Shown here in pieces: positions 49,217-61,700 of a stretch of DNA of 64,000 nucleotides. The translations under genes were made by a program, and so were the position numbers. The notes below the pieces were generated by a model, which was not told where the DNA came from, ran no database searches, and was given only the letters and a program-made list of their open reading frames with translations. This stretch comes from Candidatus Methylomirabilota bacterium (GTDB lineage: Bacteria > Methylomirabilota > Methylomirabilia > Rokubacteriales > CSP1-6): contig DASYUQ010000077.1 in assembly GCA_036001065.1 (NCBI GenBank), positions 12,299 through 76,298 of the forward strand, given 5' to 3'. Each line of letters begins with the position of its first letter. Positions within the stretch are counted from its first letter, which is position 1.

Positions 49217-50590
49217 CTATTTGAAGAATCGGAATGCGTCGATGCGCACAAGGTCATTGTAGAGCGCCAGCACCATGATCAGCATCAGCAGCGCGAAACC
49301 CAGCTGCTGGGCCAGCTCGCGCTTCCTCACCGACAGCGGCCGGCCCAGGACGGCCTCGATGAGGAAGAAGAACAGGTGACCCCCGTCGAGCATCGGCACC
49401 GGCAGCAGGTTGAGCACGGCCAGGTTCACGCTGATGACCGCCGTGAACACCGCCAGCGGCGCGGCGCCCTCCTGGGCCTGCCGGCCGGTCTCGGAGGCGA
49501 TCTGCACCGGCCCCCCCAGGTTCGAGAGCGGGATCTGGCCGGTGACGATCTTCCAGAAGCCCTTGGTCGTCAGCACCGTCATGTCCCAGGTCTTCATCGC
49601 CCCCTGCCACACGGCGGCGGGCGGCGAGTACGGCGCGTAGGTGACGGTACGGGTGACGATGGAGACGCCGATCCGGCCGACCTCGATCTCCTGCCCCGTC
49701 GGGCCCTTCTCCCTGACGACGTTGGCCGTGACCGGGAGCGTGTGGGACGTGCCGCCGCGCTCGACCGTCACCTCGAAGGACTGGCCGGCCCGCTTCTGGA
49801 TGGCCTGCATCAACTCTTCGGGCGTGAAGACCGGTTGACCGGCCACCGCCACCACGTGGTCGCCCGCCTTGAGGCCGGCCCGTTCGGCCGGCGAGTCCGG
49901 GTTCACGGCCCCGATCTGGGGCGTCAGCCGGGGGCCCACCCCGAGGTCCCACACGTCTTTGGCGTCCTTGAAGATCGGATCGCGGACCGTCGTGAGCCGC
50001 GGCGTGACAACCACCGTCGGCTCGGCGCCCCCCCGCCGAAGGCGCAGCGCCAGGGGCCGGCCGCCCGAGGCGGCGACGGCGTGCTCCAGGTCCTCCCAAT
50101 GCGCGACGGCGCGCCTGTCGATCGCGGCCACCACGTCCCCCGTCCTCACTCCGGCCGCGGCGGCCGGACCGGCCGGCGCCACGCGGCCGATCACCGCCGG
50201 CCATACCGGCCGGCCGATCGTCGCCAGCACGACGACGAAGATCGCGGCGGCCAGGACGAAGTTCATCCCCGGGCCGGCGAAGACGATGAGGAAGCGGATC
50301 CACAGCGGCTTGAGGGCGAAGGCCTTGCCCGGATCATAGGGCAGGGCCGCCCCGCTCTCGAGCGGGTTCTCCTCGCCCATCATCTTGACGTAGCCGCCCA
50401 TGGGGATGACGCTCAGGCAGTACTCGGTCTCCCTCCCCCGCCAGCGGGCCAGCACGGGGCCGAAGCCGATCGAGAAGCGCTCGACCCCGACGCCGGCCCA
50501 GCGCGCCACCAGAAAATGGCCCAGCTCGTGGATCAGGATGAGAACGCCGATGACGACGACGAACGAAACGACGGTGGTCACGTGAGTCAC
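49217..50590 (-). CDS. rseP: RIP metalloprotease RseP (site-2 protease)
   Basis: GTG start at 50590 (GTGA overlap with the dxr stop) or at 50581. HELGHFLVAR HExxH in TM1, a PDZ domain, and LDGG. Confidence 0.75.
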   Translation of the reverse strand: MTHVTTVVSFVVVIGVLILIHELGHFLVARWAGVGVERFSIGFGPVLARWRGRETEYCLSVIPMGGYVKMMGEENPLESGAALPYDPGKAFALKPLWIRFLIVFAGPGMNFVLAAAIFVVVLATIGRPVWPAVIGRVAPAGPAAAAGVRTGDVVAAIDRRAVAHWEDLEHAVAASGGRPLALRLRRGGAEPTVVVTPRLTTVRDPIFKDAKDVWDLGVGPRLTPQIGAVNPDSPAERAGLKAGDHVVAVAGQPVFTPEELMQAIQKRAGQSFEVTVERGGTSHTLPVTANVVREKGPTGQEIEVGRIGVSIVTRTVTYAPYSPPAAVWQGAMKTWDMTVLTTKGFWKIVTGQIPLSNLGGPVQIASETGRQAQEGAAPLAVFTAVISVNLAVLNLLPVPMLDGGHLFFFLIEAVLGRPLSVRKRELAQQLGFALLMLIMVLALYNDLVRIDAFRFFK

Positions 50591-51756
50591 TTTCCTCCGG
50601 CGAGGGTGTCGACGGACCGCTGCACTCGGCGCCGCGCCTCGGCGTCGATCGCCACGCACTCCTCGATCGACCGGAGCTCGCCGGGGGAAACCTCCACCAG
50701 CGCGCGCTCGATCAATTCCGGAATGCGGGTGAAGCCGATTCTGCGGTCGAGAAACGCGGCCACCGCCACCTCGTTCGCCGCATTGAGCACCACCGGCGCC
50801 GAGCCGCCGCACTCGAGAGCGGCGCGCGCCAGGCGGAGACAGGGGAACCGTTCCGTGTCGGGCTCGAAGAAGGTCAACTGGCCGATGCAGGTCAGATCCA
50901 GCCGCGCCGCCGGGGTCGGACGCCGCTCCGGATAGGTGAGCGCGTAGAGAATCGGCACGCCCATGTCGGCGACGCCGAGCTGGGCGATCACGGAGCCGTC
51001 GATGTACTCGACCATCGAGTGGACGATCGACTGCGGATGCACGAGCACCTGGACCTGGTCGGGCTCGAGGTCGAACAGCCAGCGCGCCTCGATGATTTCC
51101 AGGCCCTTGTTCATCAGCGTCGCCGAGTCGATCGTGATCTTCGCGCCCATCTTCCACGTGGGGTGCCGGAGCGCGTCCTCCACCGTGACGTGCGCGAACT
51201 GCTCCTTGGGCAGCTCCCGGAACGGGCCCCCGGACGCCGTCAGGAGAATGCGGTGGACGTCACCCTTGTTGTGACCGACCAGGCACTGGAAGACGGCGCT
51301 GTGCTCCGAGTCGACGGGCAGCAACGGCACGCCGCGCCGCCGGGCGGCGGCCGTCATCAGGCTGCCCGCCATCACCAGCGTCTCCTTGTTGGCCAGGGCG
51401 ACGGTGCGGCCGGCCTCGATGGCGGCCATGGTCGGCAACAGCCCGGCGCCGCCGACGAGCGCCGAGACCACGATGTCGGCCTCGATGTCACGCGCCAGCG
51501 CGACGAGCCCCTGCGGCCCGGAGAGCAGCTCGGGCCGGGGCGGGGGCAGGAGGCGGGCGAGCCTATCGACGGCCCCATCGTTGAGCACCGCGACGGCGCG
51601 CGGCGCGTACTTGCGGCAGAGGTCGGCGATCAGCTCCACGTTCGATCCGCGCGCCGCCAGCCCCGCCACCGAGAACTCCTCGGACAAGCTCGAGACCAGC
51701 TCGAGCGTGCGGAGGCCGATGGACCCCGTGGCGCCCAGCAGCGTGATCCGCTTCAC
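50587..51756 (-). CDS. dxr: 1-deoxy-D-xylulose 5-phosphate reductoisomerase
   Basis: GTG start 51756 (VKRITLLGATGSIG...), RBS GGAGG, GTGA overlap with the cdsA stop. Confidence 0.85.
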   Translation of the reverse strand: MKRITLLGATGSIGLRTLELVSSLSEEFSVAGLAARGSNVELIADLCRKYAPRAVAVLNDGAVDRLARLLPPPRPELLSGPQGLVALARDIEADIVVSALVGGAGLLPTMAAIEAGRTVALANKETLVMAGSLMTAAARRRGVPLLPVDSEHSAVFQCLVGHNKGDVHRILLTASGGPFRELPKEQFAHVTVEDALRHPTWKMGAKITIDSATLMNKGLEIIEARWLFDLEPDQVQVLVHPQSIVHSMVEYIDGSVIAQLGVADMGVPILYALTYPERRPTPAARLDLTCIGQLTFFEPDTERFPCLRLARAALECGGSAPVVLNAANEVAVAAFLDRRIGFTRIPELIERALVEVSPGELRSIEECVAIDAEARRRVQRSVDTLAGGK

Positions 51757-52610
51757 GCGCCGCCTCCCAGCGCCGCGTAGTAGTAGAGGGCAGGCGCGTT
51801 GAAGAGCAGGCCGTCCACCCGGTCGAGCACGCCCCCGTGGCCGGGGATGAGGCCGCCCGTGTCCTTGACGCCGACGCTCCGCTTCATCACCGACTCCGCG
51901 AGGTCGCCGATCTGCCCGACCAGCCCCAGGAGCGCGCCGGCCACCAGGAGGCGCGGCGCCTGCCAGTTCAGGAGCCACGCGCCCAGCACCAGCGCGGCCA
52001 GCCCGGATGCGAGCAACTGAGCGACGGCACCCTCGACCGTCTTGTTGGGGCTGATCATCGGCGCCAGCTTGTGGCGCCCGAGCGCCGAGCCCACCAGATA
52101 CGCCGCCGACTCGCCGATCCACGTCACGCCCACCAGGAACAGGATGAGGTCCGCCCCATCCGGCAGCCGGTGGAGCAGCAAGGCATGGCCCAGGAACCAG
52201 CTCACGTAGACCAGCCCGAGCAGCGCCAGGGCCACCGGCTCGGTGGCCGGCCGGGCCGGGCTCCACACCGGCGCGCTGAGCAACGCGGCAACCGCCAGCG
52301 ACAGGACCAGCATAGGTAGGGCCGGACCCACCGCGTCCGCCGGCACCGCGAAGCTCGCGGTCACTGCGATTCCCGCGCCCACGCCCAGCCGCGTGTAGGT
52401 CGGCACGCCCGCCTGCTCGAACATCCGCGCCAGCTCCCAGGAAGCCGCGGCGCCCACCCCGATGACGAAGAGGACGAAGACCCATTCGGGGGCACGCATC
52501 ACCATCCAGACGAACACCGGGATGGCGATGACGGCGGTGGCCACGCGCTTGAGCAGGCCCGTGGCGCCGCCGCCCAGCGTCATCGTCGCCGAGTCCACCT
52601 CAGACTCCAC
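51753..52610 (-). CDS. cdsA: Phosphatidate cytidylyltransferase
   Basis: C-terminal signature PGHGGVLDRVDGLLFNAP, polytopic. Confidence 0.75.
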   Translation of the reverse strand: MESEVDSATMTLGGGATGLLKRVATAVIAIPVFVWMVMRAPEWVFVLFVIGVGAAASWELARMFEQAGVPTYTRLGVGAGIAVTASFAVPADAVGPALPMLVLSLAVAALLSAPVWSPARPATEPVALALLGLVYVSWFLGHALLLHRLPDGADLILFLVGVTWIGESAAYLVGSALGRHKLAPMISPNKTVEGAVAQLLASGLAALVLGAWLLNWQAPRLLVAGALLGLVGQIGDLAESVMKRSVGVKDTGGLIPGHGGVLDRVDGLLFNAPALYYYAALGGGA

Positions 52611-53382
52611 CGAACCGTCGCGTACGCCCCTGGAAATCGGCGACGGCCCGGTAGAGATCGACCGGGCGAAAATCCGGCCAGAGGGTCGAAGTGATCCACA
52701 GCTCGGTGTAGGCGATCTGCCACAGAAGGAAGTTCGACACGCGCATCTCGCCGCTGGTGCGGATCAGCAGGTCGGGATCGGGCGTCTCGGCCGTGTACAG
52801 CGCCCTGCTCACGTCGGCCTCGGAGATGTCGTCGGGCTTGAGCTCGCCCGCGGCCACCCGGCGTGCCAACGTCCGGAAGGCGTCGATCAGCTCGTCGCGG
52901 CCGCCGTAGTTGAAGGCCATCAAGAGGTGCAGCCCGGTGTTGTCGCGCGTCGCTTCCACGACCCGGTCGATGCCGCGGCGGATCGGCACCGGCACGCCGT
53001 TGGCGCGACCGATGATCAGGAGCCGCACGTTGCGCTCCATGAGCTCGGGCAGCTCCCGGTAGATCGACTCCTCCAGCAGCTTCATCAGCATCGAGACTTC
53101 GTCCTCGGGCCGGCTCCAGTTCTCCGTCGAGAAGGCGTAGAGGGTCAGGTAGCGAAGCCCGAGGTCGCCGGCGGCCCGCACGATCGCCCGCGCAGCCTTG
53201 ACCCCTTCCCGATGGCCGGCCACGCGGGGCAACCCGCGCCGCGTCGCCCAGCGCCCGTTGCCGTCCATGATAATGGCCACGTGCTGGGGCAGCGGCTGCG
53301 TGCGCACCAGGGCCAGCAGCTCGGTCTCGGTGGGCGTCGGCAGCTCGGCGCGCGGCGTCTCGCTAGGCGATCTCAGGGCCAT
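52600..53382 (-). CDS. uppS: Undecaprenyl diphosphate synthase
   Basis: HVAIIMDGNGRWA... Confidence 0.85.
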   Translation of the reverse strand: MALRSPSETPRAELPTPTETELLALVRTQPLPQHVAIIMDGNGRWATRRGLPRVAGHREGVKAARAIVRAAGDLGLRYLTLYAFSTENWSRPEDEVSMLMKLLEESIYRELPELMERNVRLLIIGRANGVPVPIRRGIDRVVEATRDNTGLHLLMAFNYGGRDELIDAFRTLARRVAAGELKPDDISEADVSRALYTAETPDPDLLIRTSGEMRVSNFLLWQIAYTELWITSTLWPDFRPVDLYRAVADFQGRTRRFGGV

Positions 53383-53396
53383 CGGCTCTCATCGTA

Positions 53397-53951
53397 TTAG
53401 AAAGAGAGGATCTCCTGCTCCTTTTTCTTGAGGAGCTCGTCCACCTTGGCAATGAACTTGTCGGTGGTCTTCTGGATCTGGTCGTGCCCTCGGCGCTCCT
53501 CGTCCTCGGAGACCTTCTTGTCCCGGGACATCGCCTTGAGCTTGTCGTTGGCCTCGCGACGGATGTTGCGGATCGCGACGCGGCCGTCCTCGGCGAGCTT
53601 GTGGACGGTCTTGGCCAGCTGCTTGCGCCGCTCCTCGGTGAGCGGCGGCATCACCAGCCGGATGGTCTTGCCGTCGTTGACGGGAGTCAGACCGAGGTCC
53701 GACTTCATGATCGCCTTCTCGATGGCTCCCAGCTGCGACGCCTCCCACGGCTGGATCGCCAGCGTACGGGCGTCGGGCACCGACACCGACGCCATCTGGG
53801 TCACCGGCGTGGGGGTGCCGTAGTAGTCGACGCGGATCGTGTCGAGCAGGCCGGTCGACGCCCGGCCCGTCCGAACCGACGCGAACTCGCGCCCGAGCGT
53901 GTCGAGCGCCGCGTTCATGCGGACCTCGATGTCCTTCAAGAGCGCCTGCAT
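53397..53951 (-). CDS. frr: Ribosome recycling factor
   Basis: 184 aa; canonical. Confidence 0.9.
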   Translation of the reverse strand: MQALLKDIEVRMNAALDTLGREFASVRTGRASTGLLDTIRVDYYGTPTPVTQMASVSVPDARTLAIQPWEASQLGAIEKAIMKSDLGLTPVNDGKTIRLVMPPLTEERRKQLAKTVHKLAEDGRVAIRNIRREANDKLKAMSRDKKVSEDEERRGHDQIQKTTDKFIAKVDELLKKKEQEILSF

Positions 53952-53972
53952 GGCCCCTCCTTCCCGCCGCGG

Positions 53973-56079
<2,107 letters not shown>

Positions 56080-56084
56080 GAATC

Positions 56085-56165
56085 CTCCTTCGGTTGTTCC
56101 CTCCGCTGTGCTTTCGGAGCCGACTTCATTCTTCGGCTCCGCACCGATGCGGCGCACAGCGTGCG
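56085..56165 (-). promoter_or_regulatory. Structured rpsB leader / argJ-rpsB spacer with three consecutive hairpins (no U-tract)
   Basis: The minus strand reads CGCACgctGTGCG, CCGCAtcggTGCGG, GGAGCCGAagaatgaagTCGGCTCC, then the SD. Confidence 0.35.
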
Positions 56166-56175
56166 TGATGGTGAG

Positions 56176-57432
56176 TTACGTCGTGTACTTGGCATTGATC
56201 CGCACGTATTCCTCGCTCAGGTCGCACGTCCACACCCGGTCCTCGCCCCGGCCGAGGCCCAGGTCGACGGTGATCGTGTACTCCGACCTCCCCATGATCT
56301 CGCGAATACGGTCCAGACGCGCGCCTTCCCGGATCGCGCCCCGCTCGACCAGCGGCTCGTCCTCGAAGAGGATCCCCACCCGGTCCGGCTCCACCTTCGC
56401 CGCCGACTTGCCGAGCGCCATCATGAGGCGGCCCCAGTTGGGGTCCTGCCCGTTGAGCGCGGTCTTCACCAGGAGCGAGTTGGCGACGCTCCGGGCCGCC
56501 AGCCGGGCGTCTTTCCTCGTCGTCGCCCCCCGCACCGCGATGGTGACGAGCTTCGTCGCGCCCTCGCCGTCGCTCACCAGCATCCGCGCCAGCCGCGCCG
56601 TCAGCGCGTCGAGGCCGCGGGCGAACTGCCGGAGGCCGCGCCCCCCCGTCTCCAGCGGAGCGTTCTCGGCCAGGCCGTTGGCCAGCACGGCCACCGTGTC
56701 GCTGGTGGACTGATCGCCGTCCACCGTGATCCGGTTGAAGGAGCGATCGACGCTGCCACGCAGCGCGCTCCCGAGCACCCCCGTCCCGATGACGGCGTCG
56801 GTCGTGATGAAGCAGAACATCGTCGCCAGGTGAGGCTCGACCATCCCCACCCCCTTGGCGATCGCGCCGATGGTCACCGGTCGGCCGTTGACCTCGACTC
56901 GCAGCGCGGCTTCCTTGGGTCGCGTGTCGGTCGTCATGATGGCCTCGGCCGCCGCCCGGCCGCCCTGCGGTGACAGCGCCTTCACCAGCTTCGGCAAGGC
57001 CGTGCGGATCTTGTCCATCGGCAGGGGCGGCCCGATGACTCCGGTGGCGCCGATCAGCACGTGCTTGGCCGGGATCCTCAGCAGCTCCCCCACCAGCCGG
57101 GTGATCTCCCGTGCGTCACGAAGGCCCTGCTCGCCGGTGCAGACGTTGGCGCAACCGCTGGAGGCCACGATGGCCTGGGCCACCCCGCCGCGGACGTGCT
57201 CCAGGGAGACGAGGACCGACGCTCCCTTCACCTGATTGGAGGTGAAGAGCGCCGCTGCCCGCGCCGGCGCCGATGAGTAGACCAGGGCGAGATCCTTCTT
57301 GCTGCTGGGCTTGATGCCGGCGGCCACCCCGCCGGCGAGGATGCCGGGGACGGCGGTGACGCCGCCCTCCAGCCACTCGATGTCGCCCGACTTGCTCTCG
57401 GGCCTGGCGCCGGAGACCGTGGTGCCGGGCAC
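56176..57432 (-). CDS. argJ: Bifunctional glutamate N-acetyltransferase / amino-acid acetyltransferase
   Basis: GTG start 57432, overlapping the argC stop by 1 nt. A threonine-autoproteolysis ATML-type site appears as LATMFCFITTDA. Confidence 0.75.
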   Translation of the reverse strand: MPGTTVSGARPESKSGDIEWLEGGVTAVPGILAGGVAAGIKPSSKKDLALVYSSAPARAAALFTSNQVKGASVLVSLEHVRGGVAQAIVASSGCANVCTGEQGLRDAREITRLVGELLRIPAKHVLIGATGVIGPPLPMDKIRTALPKLVKALSPQGGRAAAEAIMTTDTRPKEAALRVEVNGRPVTIGAIAKGVGMVEPHLATMFCFITTDAVIGTGVLGSALRGSVDRSFNRITVDGDQSTSDTVAVLANGLAENAPLETGGRGLRQFARGLDALTARLARMLVSDGEGATKLVTIAVRGATTRKDARLAARSVANSLLVKTALNGQDPNWGRLMMALGKSAAKVEPDRVGILFEDEPLVERGAIREGARLDRIREIMGRSEYTITVDLGLGRGEDRVWTCDLSEEYVRINAKYTT

Positions 57433-58496
57433 TAGGGGTACACCGGCGGCGCTTCGAGACCCGTGCGCTCGTTCCACCCGCACAGGATGTTGAGGTCCTG
57501 GACTCCGTTCGCCGCCCCCCCCTTGCCGAGGTTGTCGAGCGCCGAGAGGCACACCGCCCGGCCCGTGCGGGCGTCCGCCACCACGGTCAGGTCGCAGTAG
57601 TTGGAGCCGACGACGGCGCGCGTGGTGGGCCGCTCACCCTCGGCGAGCACCCGCACGAACGGCTCGCCGGCGTAGAACTCCCGGTAGAGGGCGACGAGGT
57701 CGGCCGTCACCATCGTCGTTGCCAGCGGCACGACGGCCGTGGTGAAGAGGCCGCGATTCAACGGCGCCAGATGGGGCGTGAAGGTGACGCGGACCGGCCC
57801 ACCGGCGAGGGCCCCCAGCTCCTGCTCGATCTCGGGCGTGTGCCGGTGCGACGCGATGGCGTAGGCCTGGATGTTCTCGTTGGCTTCCGTGTAGAGGTAC
57901 ATCGGATCGAGCTTCCGGCCCTGGGCGCCCGCGCCGCTGACGCCTGACTTGCCGTCGATGACGATCCCCTCCAGGCGCGCCAGGCCGGCCCTGACGAGCG
58001 GCGCCGTGGCCAGGATCGCGCCGACCGGGTAGCAGCCCGGCGCGGCAACGAGCGCCGCCGAGGCGATGGACTTGCGGTGCAGTTCCGGCAGCCCGTACAC
58101 GGCCTCGGCGAGCCCCTCGGGATCGATGTGGGGCGCCTTGTACCACACCGTGTAATCGTTGGCGTCATGCAGCCGGTAGTCGGCGGAGAGGTCGATGGCC
58201 CTGACGCGCCGGCCGCGCAGCACCGGCAGCACCCTCTGGGACTCCAGGTGCGGCAACGCGAGGAAGACGACGTCCGCCATTTCGGCCAGCCACAGGGGCT
58301 CGAGGTCGTGGAACGCGAGATCGGTGAGGGTCCGGAGATGAGGGTACACCTTGGCCAGCGGCTCGCCGGCCAGGCGCTCGGAGGTGACGCCGGTCACTTC
58401 GACGTGCGGATGCCGGAGGAGCAGGCGCAGCAGCTCGGCGCCGATGTAGCCGCTGGCGCCAGCGACGGCAACGCGGATCGCTTTCGAGCCCACCAC
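57432..58496 (-). CDS. argC: N-acetyl-gamma-glutamyl-phosphate reductase
   Basis: IRVAVAGASGYIGAELLRLL and a catalytic Cys. Confidence 0.8.
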   Translation of the reverse strand: MVGSKAIRVAVAGASGYIGAELLRLLLRHPHVEVTGVTSERLAGEPLAKVYPHLRTLTDLAFHDLEPLWLAEMADVVFLALPHLESQRVLPVLRGRRVRAIDLSADYRLHDANDYTVWYKAPHIDPEGLAEAVYGLPELHRKSIASAALVAAPGCYPVGAILATAPLVRAGLARLEGIVIDGKSGVSGAGAQGRKLDPMYLYTEANENIQAYAIASHRHTPEIEQELGALAGGPVRVTFTPHLAPLNRGLFTTAVVPLATTMVTADLVALYREFYAGEPFVRVLAEGERPTTRAVVGSNYCDLTVVADARTGRAVCLSALDNLGKGGAANGVQDLNILCGWNERTGLEAPPVYP

Positions 58497-58500
58497 CGAC

Positions 58501-58896
58501 CTACCGCTTGGAGTACTGGAACTTCTGGCGCGCGCCGGGCTGACCGTATTTCTTGCGCTCGCGCATCCGGGGATCGCGCGTCAGGAGTCCGGCCTTCTTC
58601 AGAGGCAGGCGGAGCTTGTCGTCGAACTGCACGAGGGCCCGCGCAATTCCGTGGCGCACCGCGCCGGCCTGGCCCGAGGGGCCGCCACCGGCGACGCTGA
58701 CGAGCACGTCGAATTGTTCCGCGGTGTTCGTCAACTGCAGCGGCTGCGCGATGATCATCCGCAGCGTCTCGCGAGGGAAGTAGTCCTCGAAGGGCCGGCG
58801 GTTGACGACGATCCGCCCCGCCCCCGGCCGGATCCACACCCGCGCCACGGAGGTCTTCCGCCGGCCGGTCCCGTAGAAGCGATCGAGAACGGCCAT
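58501..58896 (-). CDS. rpsI: 30S ribosomal protein S9
   Basis: Start ATG 58896 ([20 protein letters not shown]...). Confidence 0.9.
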   Translation of the reverse strand: MAVLDRFYGTGRRKTSVARVWIRPGAGRIVVNRRPFEDYFPRETLRMIIAQPLQLTNTAEQFDVLVSVAGGGPSGQAGAVRHGIARALVQFDDKLRLPLKKAGLLTRDPRMRERKKYGQPGARQKFQYSKR

Positions 58897-59351
58897 CAGC
58901 GGCCTCCCGTCTTCGGCCCGAGGCCCGCCGGCAGCGGGGCAGGCTGCTGCGCCTGATGGGGATGCGCCGCGCCGCGGTAGACCTTCAGCTTTTTGGCCAT
59001 CGCCCGCCCCAACCGGTTCTTCGGCAGCATGCCCTGCACGGCCCACTCGATCACGCGCTCGGGATGGGTCCTGAGCATCTTTTCCGCATTCACCTCGCGC
59101 AGATGGCCGATATAGCCCGTGTGCCAGCGGTACATCTTGTCGCGCAGCTTGCGTCCGGTGAGGTGCACCTTCTCGGCGTTCACCACCACCACATGGTCGC
59201 CGACGTCGAGATGGGGCGTGAAGGTCGGCTTGTGCTTGCCGCGCAGAATTGCCGCGACGCGGCTCGCCAGGCGCCCGAGCACCTGGCTGTCGGCGTCGAC
59301 GACAAACCATTTCCGTTCGATCTCACTCTCCTTCGGCATCGGCGTCGGCAT
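58896..59351 (-). CDS. rplM: 50S ribosomal protein L13
   Basis: ...[20 protein letters not shown]... Confidence 0.9.
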   Translation of the reverse strand: MPTPMPKESEIERKWFVVDADSQVLGRLASRVAAILRGKHKPTFTPHLDVGDHVVVVNAEKVHLTGRKLRDKMYRWHTGYIGHLREVNAEKMLRTHPERVIEWAVQGMLPKNRLGRAMAKKLKVYRGAAHPHQAQQPAPLPAGLGPKTGGR

Positions 59352-59399
59352 CGTTTCCTCTTGGTGTCAGGACCGGCTAAGTAGGCCTGAGAACGGCAA

Positions 59400-59440
59400 A
59401 ATTGCAACGTCATAGCGTAACGGAAAACCCCGATCCTGTC
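59400..59440 (-). promoter_or_regulatory. Candidate sigma-70-like promoter for rplM-rpsI (TTGACA-17-TACGCT), overlapping a weak nth terminator hairpin
   Basis: The minus strand reads cgattcgTTGACAggatcggggttttccgtTACGCTatg. The -10 is a poor match. Confidence 0.3.
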
Positions 59441-59454
59441 AACGAATCGGCCCG

Positions 59455-60108
59455 TCATCCGCGCGTCTTGTCGGGCCACGGACAGAGCGTCCGCACCGGG
59501 CAGGCGGGGCAAAGGGGCTTGCGCGCCGTGCAGGTCCGGCGGCCGTGGGCCTGGAAGAGGTGGCAGGTGCGCGTCCACTGGGCCCGGGGCAGCACCTCCC
59601 GGAGCTGGTCATGGATCTGGTCGGGGTCCTTCGACTGCGCCAGCCCCAGGCGCTGCGACACGCGGAAGACGTGGGTGTCGACGGCGATGGCCTGCTCGCC
59701 GAAGGCGTTGCCCAACACGACGCTGGCGGTCTTCAGACCGACCCCGGGCAGCGCCACGAGCGCTTCGCGCGAGCGCGGGACCTCGCCGCCGTGCTTGTCC
59801 ACGAGCGCCCTCGCCATGCCGATGATCGCCCGGGCCTTGGCGCGGAAGAAGCCGGTGGACCGGACTTCGCGCTCGAGGGTCGCCTGATCCGCTCGCGCGT
59901 AGTCTTCCGCACGACGGTACTTGCGAAACAGCGACCGCGTGACGATGTTGACCCGCTCGTCCGTGCATTGCGCGGAGAGGATGGTGGCCGCCAGCAGCTC
60001 GAGCGGAGTGCTGAACTCCAGCGCGATCTTCGCGTCCGGATACGCTCGCTCGAGCGCGGCGATGATCTTCCGGGCGCGCGCCTTCTTCGCCTCCCTGGAC
60101 TCCCGCAT
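59455..60108 (-). CDS. nth: Endonuclease III
   Basis: HhH-GPD (LPGVGLKTASVV) and a C-terminal 4Fe-4S Cx6Cx2Cx5C. Confidence 0.85.
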   Translation of the reverse strand: MRESREAKKARARKIIAALERAYPDAKIALEFSTPLELLAATILSAQCTDERVNIVTRSLFRKYRRAEDYARADQATLEREVRSTGFFRAKARAIIGMARALVDKHGGEVPRSREALVALPGVGLKTASVVLGNAFGEQAIAVDTHVFRVSQRLGLAQSKDPDQIHDQLREVLPRAQWTRTCHLFQAHGRRTCTARKPLCPACPVRTLCPWPDKTRG

Positions 60109-60126
60109 GACGCGGGACCTATGCCC

Positions 60127-60546
60127 TCAGCGCGCCAGCCGACTGCGGATGAGCGTGATGCGCTCGCCCAGCGCGGCGGCCGTCAGCCGCCGCGGCTCGT
60201 GGTCCACGCGCCAGGCCGGTCCCCCGGGGGCGGGATCGCCCGCGAGACGGGGGATGAGGTGCCAGTGGATGTGCGGCACCTGATTGCCCAGCAGCTCGTA
60301 GTTCAGCTTCACGGCGTCGAACGCCGCCGCCAGCGCGCGCGCGATGTCCGTCACCTCTTCGATGAGCTGGGCGCGCTCATCGCGACTGAGGTCGAACAGC
60401 TCCGTCGCGTGCCGCTTGAGCACCAGCACCGTCCAGCCGACAAAGAACTGATCGTCGTGCAGGTAGACCACCGACAGACCCAGGTCGGCGATCCGATGGT
60501 CCTCACGGGGCCACGCTCCCGTGCACGCCGGACAGTCGGCCTTCAC
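60127..60546 (-). CDS. HIT-family hydrolase
   Basis: GTG start 60546 (GTGA overlap). Histidine triad HIHWHLIPR. Confidence 0.6.
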   Translation of the reverse strand: MKADCPACTGAWPREDHRIADLGLSVVYLHDDQFFVGWTVLVLKRHATELFDLSRDERAQLIEEVTDIARALAAAFDAVKLNYELLGNQVPHIHWHLIPRLAGDPAPGGPAWRVDHEPRRLTAAALGERITLIRSRLAR

Positions 60547-61700
60547 GCGCGCGCGGCCAGGAAGCGTCCCAGCCGACACAGTCCCTCCTGGATGCGCGGG
60601 AGCGAGGCGGCATAGGAAAAGCGCAGGTAGCCCTCGGCGTTGGCGCCGAACGCCGCCCCCGGCGTGACGGCGACGTGACACCCCTCGAGGATCTCGAAGG
60701 CGAAGCGCGTGGAGTCGCTGGTGTACCGGCGCGCGTTGGCCAGAACATAGAAGGCGCCGGTGGGCTCGAAGCCCACGCCGAGCCCGACGGCCCGCAGCCC
60801 GGCGATCATGGCGCGCCGCCGCTCGTCGAAGATCTGCCGGAACCGGCGGGTGTCCTCACCGGCCTCGCGCAGGGCCGCCACCCCCGCCCACTGGACGAAC
60901 TCGTTCGTCGAGATGAAGAAGTTGCCGAAGATCTTCTGGAGCGAGCGAATGTGGTCGGGGGGCGCGATGAGGTAACCCAGGCGCCAGCCGGTCATGGCGA
61001 AGGCCTTCGAGAAGCCGTTGAGCACGAAGGCGCGGTCCGTGTATTCCAGAATGGAGCGGTCGCGATCCGCGTAGGAGAGGCCATGGTAGATCTCGTCCGA
61101 GATGACGACGAGGTCCCGCCCCTGGGTCAGCTCCGCGATCGCCGCCATACGCTCGGGTGAGAGGACCGTCCCGGTGGGGTTCGCCGGCGAGTTGATGAGG
61201 ATCCCCCTGGTGCGCGGGCCGAGGCGCTCCCGGATGGCCTCCGGCCGGTACTGGAACGCGTCCTCCTCGGTCACGCTGACATAGGCGGGCACGCCGTCGG
61301 CGTAGCGGATGAAGTTCGGGTAACAGGCATAGTACGGATCCGAGAGCACCACCTCGTCGCCGGGGTCGAGGAGGTGGCCGAACAGCAGGAGCATCGCCGG
61401 CGAGGTGCCCGGGGTGACGAGGATCTGGTCGGGCGAGACCTCGATGTCGTAGGTCTGGGCGTAGTGCTCGGCGATCGCCTCGCGCAGGGGCAGGATGCCG
61501 AGGCTGGCCGCGTAACGGGTGCGGCCGTCCTTGATCGCCCGCTCCACCGCCTCGACGATCACCGGCGGCGTGTCGAAGTCCGGCTCGCCGAACTCCAGGT
61601 GCACGATGTCAGCGCCCGCGCGCTCCAACGCCTGGGCCCGCTCGAAGACCTCGACGGCCAGGAACGGCTCAATCTGCTCGATCCGCCGCGACGGCCTCAC
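60543..61700 (-). CDS. Class I/II PLP-dependent aminotransferase (AspC-like)
   Basis: 385 aa with SKAFAMTGWRLGY (PLP Lys). Confidence 0.75.
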   Translation of the reverse strand: MRPSRRIEQIEPFLAVEVFERAQALERAGADIVHLEFGEPDFDTPPVIVEAVERAIKDGRTRYAASLGILPLREAIAEHYAQTYDIEVSPDQILVTPGTSPAMLLLFGHLLDPGDEVVLSDPYYACYPNFIRYADGVPAYVSVTEEDAFQYRPEAIRERLGPRTRGILINSPANPTGTVLSPERMAAIAELTQGRDLVVISDEIYHGLSYADRDRSILEYTDRAFVLNGFSKAFAMTGWRLGYLIAPPDHIRSLQKIFGNFFISTNEFVQWAGVAALREAGEDTRRFRQIFDERRRAMIAGLRAVGLGVGFEPTGAFYVLANARRYTSDSTRFAFEILEGCHVAVTPGAAFGANAEGYLRFSYAASLPRIQEGLCRLGRFLAARA

